DNA from: an uncultured Desulfomonile sp.
Lineage (GTDB): Bacteria > Desulfobacterota > Desulfomonilia > Desulfomonilales > Desulfomonilaceae
NCBI GenBank assembly: GCA_903896745.1
Contig: CAITZA010000221.1
Coordinates: 1,041-65,040, forward strand
Length of the DNA: 64,000 nucleotides
Direction: 5' to 3'
A model generated the notes under the pieces. The model was not told where the DNA came from. It did no database searches and saw only the letters and a list, made by a program, of their open reading frames with translations. A program made the position numbers and the translations under genes. Of the stretch, positions 18,212 through 27,336 are shown in pieces (position 1 is the first letter of the stretch; the number at the start of each line of letters is the position of its first letter).

Positions 18212-18718
18212 TCATCTCCTGGATGACTCGATTGGCAATCCGGCAGACTTCCAGGCAGAAAAACCGCTGACCATGATCATAAAATTTTTGTAGCCCATCT
18301 GAGCCAGGAATGCCGCTACTTTCTCCGCCATATCGCAATCTGGCCCATAACAGTACAAAATTAATGTGTCGTTTTCCATCAGGAATGGTTGGGCCTCTAC
18401 GAAACGCTCCTGCACATCCTCTGGGGGCAGGAATATAGCCCCTGGAACATGTCCTTCATTGAAATGTTCCACATGACGTGAATCTATGAAAACGTATCCT
18501 TGCTGGCTATAATACTTGTAGGCCTGTCCTTCATCAATTAACGGGACTTTTATACCGTTAATCCCTATTTCAGGGGGTGGCTCATATTTCAGGGGTATGC
18601 CGTAGGGTGACATGTGGTTTACAAGCGCTCCTATTGATGACAAACAAATACACATGACCAGAGAGATGAAACACATCCTTAAACCGGCTAATAATTTCAT
18701 CGAATAGGGATTTCTCAC
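18212..18718 (-). CDS. Rhodanese-domain protein with N-terminal signal/anchor
   Basis: It has a rhodanese fold signature (FIDSR...GHVPGAI...LILYCYGPDCDMAEK) and an active-site Cys loop. Confidence 0.7.
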   Translation of the reverse strand: MRNPYSMKLLAGLRMCFISLVMCICLSSIGALVNHMSPYGIPLKYEPPPEIGINGIKVPLIDEGQAYKYYSQQGYVFIDSRHVEHFNEGHVPGAIFLPPEDVQERFVEAQPFLMENDTLILYCYGPDCDMAEKVAAFLAQMGYKNFMIMVSGFSAWKSAGLPIESSRR

Positions 18719-19212
18719 TTTAATAGATTGTTGATAAGATCCTGGAGTTTCTTTTCAGAGATATTGGAACCCGCAGAAACTACTTTTCCGTTTATCATTA
18801 AGGCCGGTGTAGAAAAAAATCCAATTGACGCTATTTGTTTGATGTCTTTGATATGCTCGACCGAAGCAGGTAGACACATCTGGCTCAAAACTTTCATGAC
18901 CGTCTTTTCAAGTGTGTTACATTGGAAACAACCTGGCCCCAGAACTTTTATGTCTAAAATGCTGGTCGTCTCTTCTTCCAGCTTGTCTCCTCGTAACTTC
19001 TTAAATTCGTGAAGAAAGGCCCTGCCATACTTTTGACGCGCAGAAGAGGGGATATAATTTTTTTTGGACAGTTTTTCTACAAGTCGAGCTTCTAACGAGG
19101 CGTCATCCACATCCGACCTGTCTGACAGGACTTCATTGAGCGCTGTTTTCAGCCCCACTATTCCCACTTCGAAATCATCGACTTTAATTCTGGAAACCTC
19201 TGTTTCTGTCAA
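18715..19212 (-). CDS. Thioredoxin-fold protein (redox-active disulfide protein 2-like C-terminal domain)
   Basis: It has a GPGCFQC CxxC motif followed by TPALMINGKVV. It overlaps the rhodanese gene by 4 nt. The start is a TTG and is uncertain. Confidence 0.6.
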   Translation of the reverse strand: MTETEVSRIKVDDFEVGIVGLKTALNEVLSDRSDVDDASLEARLVEKLSKKNYIPSSARQKYGRAFLHEFKKLRGDKLEEETTSILDIKVLGPGCFQCNTLEKTVMKVLSQMCLPASVEHIKDIKQIASIGFFSTPALMINGKVVSAGSNISEKKLQDLINNLLK

Positions 19213-19400
19213 TTCCTGGACTCCATGGAACTATCTTGCAGGCCTAGGCCTACATTCGAAAACAAATTAGCGCAGGTCAATTTATAAGTCTACCTGCTCT
19301 AGTAAAACGCCCTATGCTTTTTTCAGAAATAGGTTTGTGTCCTGACCGGTCGGATAATTACAGATTCTGGAATAAACCCCAAAGGCGCCTGCGGCCAGAA

Positions 19401-20021
19401 TCAGTTGAGAATCTCCGCCCCCCACATTGATAGGTCTTCTTGTGCTATGGCAGAAAAATGATTCCTGCCCGGCCTGAGAAGAATTTCCACTACGTCGTGA
19501 AATCCGTTCTGCGCCGCTACTGTTAGAGCGTTTCGGCCACTCTTGTCGCGAAGAGTTTGATCAGCGCCACTATCCAGCAGTAAATCCACGATTTCCCACT
19601 GCCTTGTGACAACTCCTGCAATCAAGGCCGTTTCGTTATTCCTGTTGCGCGCATTGACGTCCGCTCCAAAAGCCAGAAGCTTTTTGGTCATTTCCACATC
19701 TCCCCTGCGCGCGGCTATCATTAGAGGAGTCTCAGTGGTCTTTCCTCGATCGTTTATACCAGCCCCTTTTTCCAGCAGCATCTGCGCAAGCGCGTGGTTC
19801 CCTGACTTCACTGACCTGATAAGAGCGGTGTCACCATGTCTATCGCGGTCATCTACGCCTGCGTTTTTTAGCAAGAGCTCATCAACCCTTAATGATGCGC
19901 CTTTTAGTAATTCCCGCTCCAGCCTGTCGTTAACGCACGACGCAAAAGGATGATCGCATGACACATAGATTCCAAATAACGCCACAGCTAGTATGAATGT
20001 AAGTTTGAACAGTATTTTCAA
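19401..20021 (-). CDS. Ankyrin-repeat protein with signal peptide
   Basis: An N-terminal hydrophobic leader is followed by at least four ANK units (GDTALIRSVKSGNHALAQMLLEKGAGINDR..., ETPLMIAARRGDVEMTKKLLAFGADVNAR...). Confidence 0.8.
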   Translation of the reverse strand: MKILFKLTFILAVALFGIYVSCDHPFASCVNDRLERELLKGASLRVDELLLKNAGVDDRDRHGDTALIRSVKSGNHALAQMLLEKGAGINDRGKTTETPLMIAARRGDVEMTKKLLAFGADVNARNRNNETALIAGVVTRQWEIVDLLLDSGADQTLRDKSGRNALTVAAQNGFHDVVEILLRPGRNHFSAIAQEDLSMWGAEILN

Positions 20022-21079
20022 TCTATTAACTCCTTAACAACGAACCATAATCAGGCTTGTTTCAAAAAATACTTTAGTTTTAGTAATTCTAAATCAATTT
20101 TTGTTCCTTAATCAGATTACCGGCATTGTATCGATTCCTTGCGGAGAAAAAACATTTTTCATGCAACAAGGTGTCGTCTTTTCCTTTCCAGCCGTTCGGC
20201 AATCTCTGTTTCAGCCACATTTTAAAAAATCAGAACACCCGGCATGTCAAACCTGCACAAGATTATGGTATCCTCCCGACCGCCAGTTATGATTCCTTGT
20301 TTCCTGAGCGCAGAAATATGCCATAAAGCAGCAAATACTTCGACTGTTAGCAGACTTTTACCAGGTAATAAATTAGCCATCTGGATTACTATACTTGAAT
20401 AATTAGCTAATTGTACTTTTTGATTGACGCGTATGTCAGTTATTTTGCGAAATCGTTTTGGTTCTGACATGCGCGTCGCATTCTTTCTATATATCTTTCG
20501 GCTAGTTAAGCCATCACAAAAGGCAAGACCGAGACTAACTGGAAACTCGAGCCAGATTCGTGTCTGTCGCACCTTACTTATTGCGCTTCGATATGTTTCG
20601 ACATGATTCAAATTGAATAGTTTTTTGATAGGCCAATTTGCCTGGACTAAACTCTATCATTCCAATTCACAGCGCCTCTGTGTTAATGGTAGATTTTTGA
20701 TAAAGTTTCTTTTATACGTTTATGATGTTTTTGCTCTGATGATTTAATCAATGATTCAGGTAGAATCAACAGCGGTATTTTAATATACATATTGGCATAT
20801 AATAGTGAAGAGGGTTGTTTTTTTGAACGAATCATTTCTATCAAGTTTGATCACTTGGATCTTAAAAAGTTCTTGACTTAGTTACTCAAGGACAATATTC
20901 TAATAAATAATGATATTGCTGAGCCACGCTTTTATTGGTTACCGCTTATCTATGTCATTCAATTAAGTTGACCGATCCAATTGTGGTTTAGTCGTTACAG
21001 AATGTTTTATTTTTTTGAACTGGCCACCCACCCCAAGGGGACAATATAAATACCATTTTCCGCAGGAAAGAGAGGATTT

Positions 21080-21775
21080 ATGGAAAACAACGTCAGTCAC
21101 GCGCTGCTTTTCTTGGAAGAAGAGGTTCAGTACATTTGTTTGGCCTTCATGGCGTTAATGTACGTGATTAAGATATCTTTATTGCTCAAGAAGCCTGTTC
21201 CGCCCGAAAAAGCCGAGTTAAAAGGTGACAGGGTTGCAGGGGCTTTTGAGTCTTTGTTGAATGTTCTCAAGCCGTGGTCTATGGAAAGCACGCGAAAGAA
21301 TACTTATTTTTACGTAGAGTTTTTGATTTTTCACATCGCTGTTGTACTGACCATTGGCGCTACATTCCTTATCCCATTGACTCCCCAGTTCATGACACCG
21401 GCGGTTACACAGCTTTTTATGATTTTTATGGGATTGGCTTTTCTTATTGGATTACGCAGGATTCACAGGAGATTTACTGTTCCGGAGATAAGGATTATCT
21501 CGTCTCCTGATGATTTTTTTGCAATCATATTGATGACGGTATTTTTCGCAACCGGGTTTGTGGCTCTTTATTTCTGGCTCAACAAAATGCCTGAAACAGC
21601 CTGGATGTGGATCTTCTTCCTGATGACTACTTTCTTCCTCCTTTATGTCCCATTCAGCAAGATATCACACTACATTCTATATCCTTTCGGTCGTGTCAAT
21701 TTCGGAAGGACTTTTGGCGGAAGGGGCGTTACCAATACAAAGGCGAAGAGTAGTGACTGGAATCCAACTTTGTAA
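21080..21775 (+). CDS. NarI/DsrM/HdrE-like integral membrane (putative heme b) subunit
   Basis: The ORF is 231 aa with 5-6 TM segments and conserved His in TM segments (FLIFHIAVV, FSKISHYILYPF). It lies immediately upstream of the HdrD-like gene and has a good RBS (GAGAGGA). Confidence 0.6.
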   Translation: MENNVSHALLFLEEEVQYICLAFMALMYVIKISLLLKKPVPPEKAELKGDRVAGAFESLLNVLKPWSMESTRKNTYFYVEFLIFHIAVVLTIGATFLIPLTPQFMTPAVTQLFMIFMGLAFLIGLRRIHRRFTVPEIRIISSPDDFFAIILMTVFFATGFVALYFWLNKMPETAWMWIFFLMTTFFLLYVPFSKISHYILYPFGRVNFGRTFGGRGVTNTKAKSSDWNPTL

Positions 21776-21809
21776 CATTTTTTAGATACAGATATAACGG
21801 AGGCTTTAA

Positions 21810-23159
21810 ATGTCGGAGAAAGCGGAAAAATTGGGCGCTGAGAAAGAACGTCAGTGGCCCACAAAGACTGAATTTACCCCTGAGATGCTGGCGGAAATGG
21901 AAAAGTTGCTCCCGAGCAAGCTGAATCGCGTTGTTGCCGCTTCTCTTGCAGGTTGCATTCATTGCGGGATGTGTAGCGACGCCTGTCATTACAGCGTATC
22001 AATTCCTGAGGACAAGACCCTTGTTCCGGCTTACAAGGCCGACAAATTCCGGAAATGGTACAAGAGCCGTTACGACTGGATGGCCAAGGTGTTCCCGTCC
22101 TTCGTTGGCGCCGAGCCTCTTACCAAAGAGTTGGCCGAGGAAATGTACGACAAGTTGTTCGGCGGATGCACCATGTGCAGGAGATGCACGGTGAATTGTC
22201 CTATGGGAGTAGATTACGGGATGATGGTTCGCGCCGCCCGTAGCATGATGCAGCAGGTTGGACGTGTTCCGCAGCATTTACAGGATACTGTGGACACGCA
22301 CTATAATGCCGGAAACAATATGGCCGTTCCTCAGGATGAGATGATAGAAACCATTGAATGGATTGAGGAAGAGCTTCAGGACGAGGAAGGCTGTGAAAAC
22401 TTCAAGATACCTGTGGACAAGAAGGGCGCCAGATATTTTCTGACTCTGAACCCCAGAGAACCAAAATATTATCCACTTACGATTCAGGCCACAGCCAAAG
22501 TATTGAACGCCGCTGGGGTAGACTTCACGATATCTTCACGTTATTGGGATTTGACTAACTATGCCCTGTTTAACGGCAATGATCCGGACGCCAAGCTATT
22601 TTCTCAATGGCAGGTGGATGATGTCAAGAGGCTGGGCTGTGAGTATCTCCTCGCAGGAGAATGTGGTCACGGCTATAGGGCGTTGAGGTGGGAACTTCCC
22701 AACTGGGTTGGCGGGGTTCCCTTCAAGATTACCAGCGTGCTGGAATTGTTCGCAAAACTGATTCTGGAAAAACGGATTAAGCTGGACAAGTCTGTGTGGG
22801 ATGGAACTCGCTTCACTTATCATGATTCCTGCAACATAGCCAGATCCGGCGGTATTTGGAAAGAGCCACGCATTGTTATTAACGCCGCGGCCAATGATTT
22901 TGTGGAGATGGAGCATCACGGGCCGGAGAGTTTTTGTTGTGGCGGTGGTGGTGGGGCACTGGCAATGCCTGAATTTACTCCACGCAGAATTGCCGCAGGC
23001 AAGATAAAGGCCGATGAGATCAGGGCGACTGGAGCAAACGTCTGCCTGCAGTCATGCCACAACTGCACTGACCAGTTAAAAGAAATTATTGAACATTATC
23101 ATATAGACGCAAAGGTTATGAACTTGGCCGAACTGTTGTCGCCTGCTCTGGTTCTATGA
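21810..23159 (+). CDS. HdrD/DsrK-like Fe-S protein (two 4Fe-4S motifs plus two CCG domains)
   Basis: Ferredoxin motifs CIHCGMCSDACHY and CTMCRRCTVNCPMG are present. CCG-domain signatures include ECGHGY and FCCGGGGG...C..C. Confidence 0.8.
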   Translation: MSEKAEKLGAEKERQWPTKTEFTPEMLAEMEKLLPSKLNRVVAASLAGCIHCGMCSDACHYSVSIPEDKTLVPAYKADKFRKWYKSRYDWMAKVFPSFVGAEPLTKELAEEMYDKLFGGCTMCRRCTVNCPMGVDYGMMVRAARSMMQQVGRVPQHLQDTVDTHYNAGNNMAVPQDEMIETIEWIEEELQDEEGCENFKIPVDKKGARYFLTLNPREPKYYPLTIQATAKVLNAAGVDFTISSRYWDLTNYALFNGNDPDAKLFSQWQVDDVKRLGCEYLLAGECGHGYRALRWELPNWVGGVPFKITSVLELFAKLILEKRIKLDKSVWDGTRFTYHDSCNIARSGGIWKEPRIVINAAANDFVEMEHHGPESFCCGGGGGALAMPEFTPRRIAAGKIKADEIRATGANVCLQSCHNCTDQLKEIIEHYHIDAKVMNLAELLSPALVL

Positions 23160-23433
23160 TTTGTCGGTTCATCAAGAGGGATCAGCCTGATCTGTATGTT
23201 CAGATTGTTCGATGACGTTTTTTCGTTTATTTTTGTTCATAAATATCGTGCTAATCACTATTTGTTGTTTTTAAATTTTGTTTACATGATATTATAGGTC
23301 GTGTTTCTGCGCATCTGAATACTCAGGCAGGTGGTAAACTTTTTTGATGTGGTGATCTTGAAAAAGGGTTTAACAACTACCCTCGAATTGAGGAACCAAA
23401 AATCATTGATGAACGGAGTGAAGGAGGAATCTC

Positions 23434-23823
23434 ATGGCCAAGAAGATTTTAGTTATTGACGATGAGCCGGACATGGTCACTTTTTTAACGACTCTACTGG
23501 AAGACAATGGATATGAAACGGTAGTAGCCACGGATGGTGATGAAGGCTTATCGCAATTGAAGGCTCACAAGCCGGACTTGGTAAGCCTGGATCTTTTGAT
23601 GCCGAACAAGACAGGCATCAAGATGTTCCGTGAGCTTAGGCGGGACCCTGATCTTGCTGATACGCCTGTAGTGATGGTGACCGGTTTTGGAACCGATGAT
23701 ACTCCTAACATGGATTTCAAGAAATGGATTCATGAGAGGTCTATTAAGCCACCTGAAGCCTATATAGAAAAACCGGTCGATAAAGACGCCTTATTGACCG
23801 CCATCAAGAAGATAATAGGCTAA
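23434..23823 (+). CDS. Stand-alone response-regulator receiver protein (CheY-like)
   Basis: It has KILVIDDEPD, the phospho-acceptor context DLVSLDLLMP, and VVMVTGF. Confidence 0.9.
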   Translation: MAKKILVIDDEPDMVTFLTTLLEDNGYETVVATDGDEGLSQLKAHKPDLVSLDLLMPNKTGIKMFRELRRDPDLADTPVVMVTGFGTDDTPNMDFKKWIHERSIKPPEAYIEKPVDKDALLTAIKKIIG

Positions 23824-24013
23824 GTTGTCTATGGGGCTGTGTGTGGTAGCCAGAGAGCCGGCACAGCCTACGAGATGATATGATTTGGAAGATCCCTGGG
23901 GACTTCCTTATAGCTCTTGCGGAACCAATTTGTGGCGTCTTTGAATTATCGCTGATCACAGAAGTGAGATTTGGACTTTTCAAGCATCTACGTGTCCATT
24001 TAGAATTGCAGCC

Positions 24014-26254
24014 ATGTTCAAAAACGCCATCCATTGGTTTAACAAGTTTACGCACAGTCTGAGTTTCAAGCTCAGTTTTTATGCTGGGCTGATAATGTTC
24101 CTTGCCATTATTGTTTTTTCATACCAATCGATCTCGACCCAAGAAAACAATCTGATCAACAAGATGATCCAGGAATCACTCAAGGATTCTGAGGTCATAA
24201 AAGCCGCTATCTGGAATGGCATGATGACCAAGGATCGAGAGGTAATACGCCAGATTGTCAAGGCTATAGGGGAACAGGAAAGATTTAAGGAAATTAGTGT
24301 TTACGATAATAAAGGAGACCTTCATTATTCATCCAGGTTGATTGTATCGAAAAACAGGATCGATCCTTCTGTAGAACCGTTGATGTCAGATTTTAAGACC
24401 GATGTTAAGCCTCGCCATCGGATTTCAAAGGACGGAAAATCCATAATCGTTGTTAATCCTCTTGTTAATACGGGTAGCTGCTCCGCTTCCGGTTGTCACT
24501 CCAGTCCTGAGATCGAAAAAACTCTGGGAGTGTTACAAGTCAAACTCGGATTGGAGGGCATGAATCAGGAACTTTTGAGGAACACGAGACAAACGGTTAT
24601 TTTTGCGGTTTCGTTATTTCTCTTGATATCAACAGCTTCCGGGTTGGGAGTAATTTGGTTCATAAATCCAAAAATTCGCCAGCTCCAGGAAAAGGCCGCC
24701 AAGATGGCCAGAGGGGAATATGATCCACGCGGCAAAAATGGCGGTTCTGATGAAATGGCTGAATTGATAAGGTCTTTTGATCGGATGAGTCTGCAGATCA
24801 ATCAGCGCACGATGGAACTCGACGCAAGCCGAAAGTTGTACAAATCTCTGTTTGACGAGGTCCCCTGTTATTTGACCGTGCTCGACAGAAATTTGAGAAT
24901 TGTGAGGGCCAATCGGGCTTTCGTTAATGAATTCGGAGACCAGATTGGCAAGAATTGTTTTTCGGCGTACAAGAACCGGAAAGAACCCTGCGTCAATTGT
25001 CCTGTGGCAAAGACATTTGAAGATGGGGCGGTACATCAGTCAGAGGAGGTCTGGCGTTTACACAGGCGTGACTGTTATGTGATGGTCAAGACGTCTCCCA
25101 TTTTCGATGACAAGGGCAAGGTTTATGAAGTTCTTGAGATGGCTGTGGATGTTACTCTTTTGAAACGTTTGCAATTCCGACTGGAACGCAAGCAATACGA
25201 ATTCAGAAGATTGTTTTCCACGGTTCCCTGTTATCTGACCGTAGTGGACCGTGACTTCAACATTGTTACGAGTAATGACCTTTTTGACAGGGATTTCGGA
25301 TCCAGCGCTGGTCGGAAGTGTTTTCAGGCCTACAAGAATTCTGAACACCAGTGCGACAATTGCCCTGTGGCAAAGACCTTTAACGACGGAAAGACACATT
25401 ATTCCGAGGAAATCTGGCGCCAGAATGGTGAAGAAACCTATATAGTCGTATATACGGCTCCTATTCATGACGATGATGGCAATATAATCTCGGTCATGGA
25501 GATGAGCACCAATATTACTGAGGTCAAGCGTTTACAGGGAGAGTTAGCCATTTTGGGTGAGACGATAGCAGGCATGTCTCATACCATAAAAAATATTTTG
25601 TCCGGATTGCAGGGTGGAGTTTATGTTGTAGATTCGGGTTTGACTCGGGGGAAGGAAGACAAGGTTCGAACCGGCTGGGCCATGGTTAAGAACAATGTCG
25701 AAAAGATATCGGATCTGGTTAAAGGCATTCTGTATGCTTCAAAGGAGAGAGCGCCCGAATACAGGGAATATTCTCCGTCTAAGTTGCTGTCCGAAGTATG
25801 CGACCTGTACGAAGTTAAGGCAAAAAGTCAGGGCGTTAATTTAGTAAGAAGCTTTGACGATAAGATCAAGCCTTGTCTCATTGATCCGGCCGGCATTCAT
25901 AGCGCTATCTCCAATCTGGTTTCCAATGCAATTTATGCTTGCAAGAACCTGAATGAGGAACAGTCGCACACCGTAACAGTATCGTGTCGTATGGACGCAC
26001 AGACGCTAGTTGTTGAAGTGAGCGATGATGGCGAGGGAATGCCAGAAGAAGTCAGAGAGAATCTTTTCAAGAAATTTTATTCTACCAAGGGTTCACGCGG
26101 AACCGGTCTGGGTTTGGTAATCACCCGGAAAGTCGTTCATGAGCATGGTGGAAGCATACGGGTGGAATCTAAACAGGGGGTGGGAACCACTTTTGTGATA
26201 GAGATCCCGGTGAATTACGAACAGGCGCCGCCTGTTTTACAAGAAGCGTCATAA
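24014..26254 (+). CDS. Membrane sensor histidine kinase: periplasmic domain, HAMP, two Cys-rich PAS modules, HisKA/HATPase
   Basis: Two TM segments (about aa 17-37 and 195-215) flank a domain of about 155 aa. A duplicated PAS-like module lies at aa 278-390 and 399-505. The H-box is AGMSHTIKN, the N-box is NLVSNAIYA, and G-boxes are DDGEGM and GTGLGL. Confidence 0.85.
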   Translation: MFKNAIHWFNKFTHSLSFKLSFYAGLIMFLAIIVFSYQSISTQENNLINKMIQESLKDSEVIKAAIWNGMMTKDREVIRQIVKAIGEQERFKEISVYDNKGDLHYSSRLIVSKNRIDPSVEPLMSDFKTDVKPRHRISKDGKSIIVVNPLVNTGSCSASGCHSSPEIEKTLGVLQVKLGLEGMNQELLRNTRQTVIFAVSLFLLISTASGLGVIWFINPKIRQLQEKAAKMARGEYDPRGKNGGSDEMAELIRSFDRMSLQINQRTMELDASRKLYKSLFDEVPCYLTVLDRNLRIVRANRAFVNEFGDQIGKNCFSAYKNRKEPCVNCPVAKTFEDGAVHQSEEVWRLHRRDCYVMVKTSPIFDDKGKVYEVLEMAVDVTLLKRLQFRLERKQYEFRRLFSTVPCYLTVVDRDFNIVTSNDLFDRDFGSSAGRKCFQAYKNSEHQCDNCPVAKTFNDGKTHYSEEIWRQNGEETYIVVYTAPIHDDDGNIISVMEMSTNITEVKRLQGELAILGETIAGMSHTIKNILSGLQGGVYVVDSGLTRGKEDKVRTGWAMVKNNVEKISDLVKGILYASKERAPEYREYSPSKLLSEVCDLYEVKAKSQGVNLVRSFDDKIKPCLIDPAGIHSAISNLVSNAIYACKNLNEEQSHTVTVSCRMDAQTLVVEVSDDGEGMPEEVRENLFKKFYSTKGSRGTGLGLVITRKVVHEHGGSIRVESKQGVGTTFVIEIPVNYEQAPPVLQEAS

Positions 26255-26297
26255 CTTTGATCAGTTACAAGACCTTAAGATACTTTAGGAGGATAAA

Positions 26298-26825
26298 ATG
26301 AATGGTGTAGGACTTTGCGCAATTTTTTCCAGACAGGGAGACTGGGCCTTTGATTACGCTCTTTCACTGGCCAGAACTCATAAAACCAAACTAAATGTTT
26401 TCCAATTCCTTGAGTCTCCGTACACTATGAGAAGGGATGTGGTTTTTGTGGACGCTGCAAAGACCAAAACAGCCCCTGTTACCCCGGACCTCATCGCCAC
26501 CAAGGACAAGGAACTCCGAATGGGATTTGACGACCGTCTTGGCGACTATACCGACGTTGGCTTTCGTCTCTGTGAGGGAGTCGATGAGGTAGAACTCAGA
26601 AAATGTTTCCGTAAGGGCGATTATGAAGTTCTGGTTATAGGTTATATAGAGAAAGGCGCATCTTTTGGCGGGACAACGACTATTGAGGAATTCGCCAAGA
26701 AATTCCACGGCGCCGTCGTTCTTGTAGGACCTGAAACACCTTCTACTTTTTATTTGAACAAACCAGCAATCGATAGAATATCCGAACTCAGCATTCCGGA
26801 AGGTAAATGGCAGCCCATTGAGTGA
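26298..26825 (+). CDS. Divergent universal-stress-protein-like (adenine nucleotide alpha-hydrolase fold) protein
   Basis: It has a USP-like layout: an N-terminal beta-alpha unit (GLCAIFSRQGDWAFDYALSLARTHKTKLNVFQF) and a C-terminal YEVLVIGY...GAVVLVGPE. The assignment is tentative. Confidence 0.4.
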   Translation: MNGVGLCAIFSRQGDWAFDYALSLARTHKTKLNVFQFLESPYTMRRDVVFVDAAKTKTAPVTPDLIATKDKELRMGFDDRLGDYTDVGFRLCEGVDEVELRKCFRKGDYEVLVIGYIEKGASFGGTTTIEEFAKKFHGAVVLVGPETPSTFYLNKPAIDRISELSIPEGKWQPIE

Positions 26826-26901
26826 ATCCGTTATGGCAGGATTCTTCCTGTGTAGTTGCCGTTGATGTAGTAACGATTTTGTTAACCCCCTAAACATCCT
26901 G

Positions 26902-26942
26902 ATTCTGGAGACATTCTCCAGAATCTACAGTCCCGGGACTGT
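26902..26942 (+). terminator. Two adjacent perfect hairpins after the kinase/USP-like unit
   Basis: ATTCTGGAGA-CAT-TCTCCAGAAT (26902-26924) has a 10-bp stem. ACAGTCCCGGGACTGT (26927-26942) is a 16-bp perfect palindrome. A T-rich run (TTCTTTCTTTT) begins 9 nt downstream of the second hairpin (26952-26962). Confidence 0.4.
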
Positions 26943-27258
26943 GGCCTACGATTCTTTCTTTTCAGGAGTCCAAGCTGTGAAATTCTCAACTGCTGATGAA
27001 TTTGAATTACATGTTCATAAATGCTTCAACCGCATGTTTGAATTACTTTTACAAATGGACAAAGTCGTCAAGGAAGAAGCCGAAAAGGAAGAAGCCAAAG
27101 GTCACTATGGAAAGATGTCAGACATGAGGGACTGGATGGAAGAAGTCATGCTTCACTGTCATCTGGCCTGGCAATATCACCGTTTATCAAAGGGTTCCAG
27201 TAACATAAATACCTGGGATCACGTTGAAACATCCAAAGATAGCGAAACAGAATCATAG
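26941..27258 (+). CDS. Hypothetical small acidic protein
   Basis: I recognise no domain. The more likely start is the GTG at 26977, preceded by AGGAG 8 nt upstream (giving 93 aa). Confidence 0.35.
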   Translation: MAYDSFFSGVQAVKFSTADEFELHVHKCFNRMFELLLQMDKVVKEEAEKEEAKGHYGKMSDMRDWMEEVMLHCHLAWQYHRLSKGSSNINTWDHVETSKDSETES

Positions 27259-27336
27259 TTTCCTTTTCCACATCTAAAAACACTTATTGTGATCAACGGG
27301 GTGAAATCTTTTTGAGTTTCAGTCTCAAAAGATGTA

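Noticed and set aside
19238-19249. 12-bp perfect palindrome AGGCCTAGGCCT upstream of the thioredoxin/rhodanese/MauE operon
   Set aside because: About 15 perfect 12-bp palindromes are expected by chance in 64 kb. It is mentioned only as context, not as a supported operator.
20222-20611. 129-aa minus-strand ORF in the AT-rich gap
   Set aside because: It has a TTG start with no Shine-Dalgarno sequence and no recognisable motif, and it sits in a region of atypical composition. It may be a decayed gene, but I cannot support it as a CDS.
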